A stretch of DNA of 64,000 nt from an uncultured Sangeribacter sp. (lineage in GTDB: Bacteria; Bacteroidota; Bacteroidia; Bacteroidales; Muribaculaceae): assembly GCA_964603335.1 (NCBI GenBank), contig CAZRUR010000004.1:160-64159 (forward strand), in the 5' to 3' direction. Numbering within the stretch: the first letter of the stretch is position 1; each line of letters opens with the position of its first letter. Under the pieces are notes generated by a model. That model worked only from the letters and a program-made list of their open reading frames with translations. It was not told the origin of the DNA and did no database searches. A program made the position numbers and the translations under genes. Below are positions 57,962 to 64,000 of this stretch, piece by piece.

Positions 57962-58834
57962 TTACTTTTTCCTTCTTTCAATTATATACTTCGAAGAATG
58001 CTTCTTCGGAGAACGAGTCTTCAAGCCCTTGGCATAAAGACCGGTGCGAGAACGTGGGTGACCACCTGACTGACGGCCCTCGCCACCACCCATCGGGTGA
58101 TCGACAGGGTTCATAACGACACCACGGTTGTGCGGGCGACGTCCGAGCCAGCGGCTGCGACCTGCCTTGCCGCTCTGCTCAAGAGCATGGTCGGAATTGC
58201 CGACAACGCCCACTGTGGCGCGGCAAGTGAGGAGCACCTTGCGTGTCTCGCCTGAAGGTAATTTGATTATCGCATAGTCTCCCTCGCGGGAAGTGAGCTG
58301 AGCGAATGTGCCGGCTGAGCGTGCCATGACAGCACCCTGGCCGGGACGGAGCTCAATACAATGGATCAGTGTGCCCACAGGGATCTTCGACAGGGGAAGT
58401 GTGTTGCCCACCTCTGGAGCTGCATCCTCGCCGCTGATCACTGTCTGGCCTACCTCAAGCCCGTTGGGGGCAATCATATAGGCCTTTGAGCCATCCTGAT
58501 AGAAAAGAAGTGCGATACGTGCGGAGCGGTTGGGATCATACTCTATGGTCTTCACCACTGCCGGTACGCCATCGTTGGTTCTCTTGAAGTCAATGAGACG
58601 CAATTTTCTCTTATGGCCACCACCACGGTAGCGGGTCGAAAGATGACCCGAAGAGTTACGGCCACCTGTAGAGCGCTTGCCTACAGTAAGAGTCTTCTCT
58701 GGTGTGATTTTCGAGACTTTCTTTACCGTCACGGTTCCCTCTACAGGGTCAGCAGTCGCAATCTCGTTACGGAACACACCAATAATCTTGTGTCTTTGCC
58801 CGGGAGTTACGGGCTTAAATTTTCTAACTGCCAT
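57962..58834 (-). CDS. rplB: 50S ribosomal protein L2
   Basis: EYDPNRSA; [13 protein letters not shown]. Confidence 0.97.
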   Translation of the reverse strand: MAVRKFKPVTPGQRHKIIGVFRNEIATADPVEGTVTVKKVSKITPEKTLTVGKRSTGGRNSSGHLSTRYRGGGHKRKLRLIDFKRTNDGVPAVVKTIEYDPNRSARIALLFYQDGSKAYMIAPNGLEVGQTVISGEDAAPEVGNTLPLSKIPVGTLIHCIELRPGQGAVMARSAGTFAQLTSREGDYAIIKLPSGETRKVLLTCRATVGVVGNSDHALEQSGKAGRSRWLGRRPHNRGVVMNPVDHPMGGGEGRQSGGHPRSRTGLYAKGLKTRSPKKHSSKYIIERRKK

Positions 58835-58839
58835 TTCTC

Positions 58840-59130
58840 TTAAATGTTGCTATAATAGTCAATCGTTTGTCCTTCTGCCACAGTCACATATGCTTTCTTG
58901 AAAGCCGGTTTCTGACCGCGGATAAGTCCGCCCTTGGTGTAGCGCTGTTTGCGCTTGCCGGCATAGACGGCGGTGTTTACTTTCTCGACGCGAACATTGT
59001 AGAGCTTCTCTACGATGTCTTTGATCTGAAACTTGTTGGCGTCGGGAGACACAGCAAATGTGTAGCAATTCTGCTTCTCGCTGTAGGCGGTTGCCTTCTC
59101 TGTAATAAGGGGTTTGATCTGAATGTCCAT
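58840..59130 (-). CDS. rplW: 50S ribosomal protein L23
   Basis: PLITEK; KKAYVT. Confidence 0.95.
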   Translation of the reverse strand: MDIQIKPLITEKATAYSEKQNCYTFAVSPDANKFQIKDIVEKLYNVRVEKVNTAVYAGKRKQRYTKGGLIRGQKPAFKKAYVTVAEGQTIDYYSNI

Positions 59131-59149
59131 TTTCTATATCTCCTTTCGT

Positions 59150-59785
59150 TTAGAAGTTCTCGTTGATCAATTCCACGCTGCCCTCTGTCATGATGATTGC
59201 ATCAGTGTTGAGCACTGTGTAAGCATTCAGGTCATAAGCCTGCTGCATGAGAGCATTGGGCACGTTGCGCACTGAGAGGAGCACGTTCTTGTCAAGGTCG
59301 TTCATGACGAGAAGGGTCTTCTTGTCTTCCACCTTGAAATTCTTTGCGATGCCCATCCACTGCTTTGTGCTTGGCTTGTCAAAGTTGAAGTTCTCAACCA
59401 CGATGATAGTGCCGGCCTGTGCCTTTGAAGTGAGGGCAATCTTGCGTGCAAGCTGCTTCATCTTCTTGTTCAGTTTTGTGCGGTAGTCGCGTGGACGAGG
59501 TCCGAACACTGTGCCGCCACCACGGAGAAGCGGTGAGTTGATGTCGCCGCGACGTGCGCCGCCGCCACCCTTCTGGCGTCCGAGCTTACGTGTTGAGCCG
59601 GAAACCTCGCTGCGCTCCTTGCTCTTGTGTGTGCCCTGGCGCTGGTTGCCGAGGTACTGCTTTACGTCGAGATAGATAGTGTGATCAGCATTTCCCTCGC
59701 TGAGATCGCGAGCAAACACTTCTTCATTGAGAGTGATCTTACGACCGGTGTCTTCGCCCTTGATGTTATATACTGCTACTTCCAT
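59150..59785 (-). CDS. rplD: 50S ribosomal protein L4
   Basis: RQGTH; [10 protein letters not shown]; FGPRPR. Confidence 0.96.
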   Translation of the reverse strand: MEVAVYNIKGEDTGRKITLNEEVFARDLSEGNADHTIYLDVKQYLGNQRQGTHKSKERSEVSGSTRKLGRQKGGGGARRGDINSPLLRGGGTVFGPRPRDYRTKLNKKMKQLARKIALTSKAQAGTIIVVENFNFDKPSTKQWMGIAKNFKVEDKKTLLVMNDLDKNVLLSVRNVPNALMQQAYDLNAYTVLNTDAIIMTEGSVELINENF

Positions 59786-60402
59786 TATTTCTCAACTAAT
59801 ACAATTGAACCTTTGGCTCCTGGGATGGAACCCTTAATCACTAACAAATTGTGCTCGGGAAGCACTTTGATCACCTGGAGATTCTGCACAGTCACGCGCT
59901 CGTTGCCCATGTGGCCTGCCATGCGGAGACCCTTGAACACCTTTGCGGGATATGAACATGCACCGATTGAACCCGGGGCGCGGAGACGGTTGTGCTGACC
60001 ATGTGTTGACTGGCCCACACCGCCGAAGCCGTGACGCTTTACGACTCCCTGGAAACCCTTACCCTTGCTTGTGCCTACCACGTCGACAAAGCCACCCTCC
60101 TGGAAGAGGTCTACTGTCAATGTGGAGCCAAGCTCCGGCATTGTCTCAAACGATTTGAACTCGGCCAAGTGACGCTTGGGTGTTACTCCGGATTTGGCAA
60201 AGTGGCCTGCCTCAGGCTTGTTGGTGTGCTTCTCTTTCTTATCCATGAAGCCAACCTGCACGGCTGAATAGCCATCTTTATCCACTGTCTTGATCTGAGT
60301 AACCACACAAGGACCTGCTTCGATAACAGTGCACGGAACATTCTTTCCGTCGGCACTGAAAACGGATGTCATTCCGATTTTCTTTCCTAATAATCCTGGC
60401 AT
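59785..60402 (-). CDS. rplC: 50S ribosomal protein L3
   Basis: GKKIGMT; SKGKGFQG; PGSIG. Confidence 0.97.
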   Translation of the reverse strand: MPGLLGKKIGMTSVFSADGKNVPCTVIEAGPCVVTQIKTVDKDGYSAVQVGFMDKKEKHTNKPEAGHFAKSGVTPKRHLAEFKSFETMPELGSTLTVDLFQEGGFVDVVGTSKGKGFQGVVKRHGFGGVGQSTHGQHNRLRAPGSIGACSYPAKVFKGLRMAGHMGNERVTVQNLQVIKVLPEHNLLVIKGSIPGAKGSIVLVEK

Positions 60403-60493
60403 TTCTTACTTGATTTATATTGGATTGTTGTTATTGCTATTTCGCTGATGTGTCTCCATCACCGCTCTTGCGGCAACGGAGACATATCTCGTT

Positions 60494-60799
60494 TTAGACT
60501 TTGATGCTTACATCCACACCGCTGGGAAGCTCGAGCTTCATCAGTGCGTCTACAGTCTTTGTTGTGGAGCTGTAGATGTCGATGAGACGCTGGAATGATG
60601 AAAGTTGGAACTGCTCACGACTTTTCTTGTTGACGAAAGTTGAGCGGTTGACGGTGAAGATACGCTTGTGTGTGGGCAAGGGAATTGGGCCGCTTACCAC
60701 TGCACCAGTCGATTTAACCGTCTTCACGATCTTCTCGGCTGACTTGTCTACCAAGTTGTGATCGTAAGATTTGAGTTTGATTCTTATTTTCTGATTCAT
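60494..60799 (-). CDS. rpsJ: 30S ribosomal protein S10
   Basis: [10 protein letters not shown]; GPIPLPT; KSREQF. Confidence 0.97.
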   Translation of the reverse strand: MNQKIRIKLKSYDHNLVDKSAEKIVKTVKSTGAVVSGPIPLPTHKRIFTVNRSTFVNKKSREQFQLSSFQRLIDIYSSTTKTVDALMKLELPSGVDVSIKV

Positions 60800-60817
60800 A
60801 TTTGAATTGAGACTTTA

Positions 60818-62941
60818 TTATTTCAACAGATCAACTCTGCCCTGCACCTCGGTGAGCACATTCTTTGCGATTGAATTGCTTACCTCAGCATAGTGGCTGA
60901 ACGACATGGTGCTTGTTGCACGTCCTGACGTGATTGTACGCAGAGCGGTCACATAACCGAACATCTCTGCAAGTGGAGCCTTTGCCTTCACGATGCGCGC
61001 ACCGCTGCGGCTTGTCTCCATTCCCTCTACCTGACCACGACGCTTGTTGAGGTCGCCGATCACGTCACCCATTGACTCTTCCGGAGTCACTACCTCAATC
61101 TTCATGATAGGCTCCATGAGAACCGGACCTGCCTTCTCGCTGCCCTTCTTGAACGCCTGGATGGCGCAGAGCTCGAATGAGAGCTGGTCGGAGTCTACCG
61201 GGTGGAAGCTACCGTCGAGAAGTGTCACTTTCAGACGCTCTACAGGATATCCGGCGAGCACGCCATTCTTCATGGCTGTCTGGAAGCCCTTCTGAACTGA
61301 AGGTATATATTCCTTAGGCACGTTACCGCCCTTAACCTCGTCTATAAACTGGAGGCTGCCCTCGAAATCGTCGTCGGCTGGCTCGATGCGGACGATGATG
61401 TCAGCGAACTTACCGCGACCACCGGTCTGCTTCTTGAATACCTCACGGAGCTCAACCGGCTTGGTGATTGCCTCCTTATATGTCACCTGAGGACGTCCCT
61501 GGTTACATTCAACCTTGAACTCACGGCGGAGACGGTCGATGATGATGTCGAGGTGAAGCTCACCCATACCGCTGATGACGGTCTGGCCGGTCTCCTCGTT
61601 GGTCTCTACGCGGAATGTCGGGTCTTCCTCTGCAAGCTTCTGAAGACCAACACCGAGTTTGTCGAGGTCTTTCTGAGTCTTAGGCTCAACAGCGATACCG
61701 ATAACGGGATCTGGGAATTCCATTGACTCGAGAACGATTGGAGCATCCTCAGCGCAGAGTGTGTCGCCGGTGCGGATATCCTTGAAACCTACGCCGGCGC
61801 CGATATCACCGCAGCCGATAACCTCTTTCGGGTTCTGCTTGTTGGAGTGCATCTGGAAAAGACGGGAGATTCTCTCCTTCTTGCCGCTGCGGCTGTTGAG
61901 CACGTAGCTGCCAGACTGAACCTCGCCTGAATATACGCGGAAGAAGCAAAGACGGCCTACATATGGGTCGGTTGCAATCTTGAACGCGAGGGCACACATA
62001 GGTGCCTCAGCACTTGGCTCGCGGGTGATGACCTCATCAGGATCGCCTACTGCGTGACCCTCTACCACACCTGAGTCCTCAGGAGAAGGAAGATAAGCGC
62101 AGACAGCGTCAAGAAGAGTCTGGACACCCTTGTTCTTGAAAGAAGAACCGCAGATCATCGGGTTAACCTCCATTGCGAGTGTTGCCTTGCGGATGGCTGC
62201 CTTGATCTCGTCGACTGTGATTGTGGAGGGGTCGTCGAAATATTTCTCCATGAGCACCTCGTCGCTCTCAGCGAGAGTCTCAAGCATCTTGTCGCGCCAT
62301 TCCTCAGCCTCGTCAAGAAGGTTAGCTGGAATCTCGTCGATAGAGTATTCAGCGCCCATTGTCTCGTCGTGCCAGAAGATAGCCTTCATGGTCACGAGGT
62401 CAACAACGCCCTTGAAAGTCTCCTCAGCGCCGATTGGTATTTGAATTGGGAGTGGGGTTGCGCCGAGCACCTCGCGCACCTGGCGGACAACCTCGAAGAA
62501 GTTTGCGCCAGAACGGTCCATCTTGTTGACGTAGCCGATACGGGGCACATTATATTTGTCAGCCTGACGCCATACGGTCTCGCTCTGGGGCTCTACACCG
62601 CCCACTGCACAGAAGGCAGCCACAGCGCCGTCGAGCACACGGAGTGAACGCTCCACCTCAACGGTGAAATCGACGTGTCCCGGAGTGTCAATCAGGTTGA
62701 TTTTATATTTATTATTATTGTAGTTCCAGAAAGTGGTGGTTGCAGCGGAAGTGATTGTGATGCCACGCTCCTGCTCCTGCTCCATCCAGTCCATTGTGGC
62801 AGCTCCGTCGTGCACCTCGCCAATCTTGTGGGTAAGACCGGTGTAGAAGAGGATACGCTCAGACGTAGTTGTCTTGCCGGCATCGATGTGGGCCATGATG
62901 CCGATGTTTCTGGTGAGTTTAAGATCGTCGTGTTTTGCCAT
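60818..62941 (-). CDS. fusA: Elongation factor G
   Basis: AHIDAGKTT; DTPGHVDF; GMGELHL; SFHPVDS. Confidence 0.98.
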   Translation of the reverse strand: MAKHDDLKLTRNIGIMAHIDAGKTTTSERILFYTGLTHKIGEVHDGAATMDWMEQEQERGITITSAATTTFWNYNNNKYKINLIDTPGHVDFTVEVERSLRVLDGAVAAFCAVGGVEPQSETVWRQADKYNVPRIGYVNKMDRSGANFFEVVRQVREVLGATPLPIQIPIGAEETFKGVVDLVTMKAIFWHDETMGAEYSIDEIPANLLDEAEEWRDKMLETLAESDEVLMEKYFDDPSTITVDEIKAAIRKATLAMEVNPMICGSSFKNKGVQTLLDAVCAYLPSPEDSGVVEGHAVGDPDEVITREPSAEAPMCALAFKIATDPYVGRLCFFRVYSGEVQSGSYVLNSRSGKKERISRLFQMHSNKQNPKEVIGCGDIGAGVGFKDIRTGDTLCAEDAPIVLESMEFPDPVIGIAVEPKTQKDLDKLGVGLQKLAEEDPTFRVETNEETGQTVISGMGELHLDIIIDRLRREFKVECNQGRPQVTYKEAITKPVELREVFKKQTGGRGKFADIIVRIEPADDDFEGSLQFIDEVKGGNVPKEYIPSVQKGFQTAMKNGVLAGYPVERLKVTLLDGSFHPVDSDQLSFELCAIQAFKKGSEKAGPVLMEPIMKIEVVTPEESMGDVIGDLNKRRGQVEGMETSRSGARIVKAKAPLAEMFGYVTALRTITSGRATSTMSFSHYAEVSNSIAKNVLTEVQGRVDLLK

Positions 62942-62962
62942 TGCAATGATGAAAAATCAATT

Positions 62963-63439
62963 TTAGAATCTGAAGTGAGCAAATGCGCGGTTTGCCTCAG
63001 CCATACGGTGCATGTCTTCTTTTCTTTTGTAGGCTCCACCCTGGTCGTTGAATGCGTCAACAATCTCAGCTGCGAGTTTGTCGGCCATGGTCTTGCCGCC
63101 ACGTTTGCGTGCGTAGATGATAAGATTTTTCATAGAAATAGATTCCTTGCGGTCAGCTCTGATTTCTGTAGGGACCTGAAAGGTGGCGCCACCAACGCGG
63201 CGTGACTTCACCTCCACCTGGGGAGTTACGTTCTCGAGCGCTTTTTCCCAGATCTCAAGTGCGCTCTTCTCCTCGTTCGGCATTTTGGCCTTCACGGTCT
63301 CAAGTGCCGTGTAGAATATTGTGAAAGCTGTGTTCTTCTTTCCGTCATACATCAGATGGTTGACAAACTTGGTCACTCTGACGTCGTGGAACACAGGATC
63401 GGGCAGGATTATCCTTTTCTTTGGCTTTGCTTTTCTCAT
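62963..63439 (-). CDS. rpsG: 30S ribosomal protein S7
   Basis: MRKAKPKKR (start 63439); [11 protein letters not shown]; [10 protein letters not shown]. Confidence 0.97.
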   Translation of the reverse strand: MRKAKPKKRIILPDPVFHDVRVTKFVNHLMYDGKKNTAFTIFYTALETVKAKMPNEEKSALEIWEKALENVTPQVEVKSRRVGGATFQVPTEIRADRKESISMKNLIIYARKRGGKTMADKLAAEIVDAFNDQGGAYKRKEDMHRMAEANRAFAHFRF

Positions 63440-63588
63440 TGTTGTTTGTTTAGTGTTTTTGTTGCGGCTGCTTTTGAAAATCTTCAACGTCGGCTCTCTT
63501 GCCGCCGTTTACTCAACCTAAGCCACCCAGACAATCAAAAACGTGGTTGATGTTTGCTGGTGTCCCCTACCGTGTGGAGGGGCAATGA

Positions 63589-63981
63589 TTACTTCTTGCC
63601 TCCCTTGGCGGCTTTCGGACGTTTGGCTCCGTATTTAGAGCGGCGCTGTGTACGGCCCTGCACACCGGCGGTGTCAAGGGTGCCGCGTACAATGTGATAA
63701 CGTACGCCCGGAAGGTCTTTCACACGACCGCCGCGCACCATCACGATTGAGTGTTCCTGAAGGTTGTGGCCCTCGCCCGGTATGTAGGAGTTCACCTCCT
63801 TGCCGTTGGTTAGACGTACACGCGCCACTTTACGCATTGCCGAATTAGGCTTCTTGGGGGTAGTGGTGTAGACACGCACGCATACCCCGCGGCGCTGCGG
63901 ACATGAATCCAAGGCGGGCGATTTGCTCTTGTCCTTGAGAACTACGCGTCCTTTTCTTACTAATTGCTGAATCGTTGGCAT
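63589..63981 (-). CDS. rpsL: 30S ribosomal protein S12
   Basis: MPTIQQLVR; PKKPNSA; [11 protein letters not shown]. Confidence 0.98.
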   Translation of the reverse strand: MPTIQQLVRKGRVVLKDKSKSPALDSCPQRRGVCVRVYTTTPKKPNSAMRKVARVRLTNGKEVNSYIPGEGHNLQEHSIVMVRGGRVKDLPGVRYHIVRGTLDTAGVQGRTQRRSKYGAKRPKAAKGGKK

Positions 63982-64000
63982 TCTTAGTCTCTAAAAATTA

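Noticed and set aside
60799-60818. tuf missing between fusA and rpsJ
   Set aside because: Normal Bacteroidota arrangement

Overview
Core-genome window of a gut Bacteroidales bacterium, most likely Muribaculaceae; it has TAnnTTTG -7 promoters, Bacteroidota ribosomal gene order without tuf, and the T9SS genes porQ and plug. From left to right: three DUF4493/PCMD-type surface lipoprotein genes (the first runs off the left edge); a DUF4160/DUF2442 toxin-antitoxin-like pair between two ~200-bp composite palindromic direct repeats; an ABC-ATPase/TOPRIM (DUF4435) fusion with degenerate ATPase catalytic residues upstream of glgB and a DUF4923 gene; housekeeping genes (ribE, cmk, ispH, tadA, menA, alkD-like, dnaB, rpmH, marC, efp, GT2, radC); an AT-rich HindVP-like restriction-modification island with a frameshifted endonuclease; GH3, 5'-nucleotidase, gpmI, rplS, porQ, rsgA, cdaA, folP, typA, rpsO, pullulanase, a decayed AT-rich patch, plug, ung, tRNA-Arg(CCG), cls; and the str-S10-spc-alpha ribosomal cluster. 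The most striking unexplained signal is non-coding. About 14 short phased arrays (7-, 8- or 10-bp period) and several palindromic REP-like families sit at gene junctions, including five arrays of TGWCA-N3. These may be footprints or landing pads of a junction-targeting cassette system, with the repeat-flanked TA pair as an occupied example. Candidate RNAs include a 6S-like RNA, a promoter/terminator-bounded sRNA and ribosomal-protein leaders. All family calls come from motif recognition by eye; no database searches were run.
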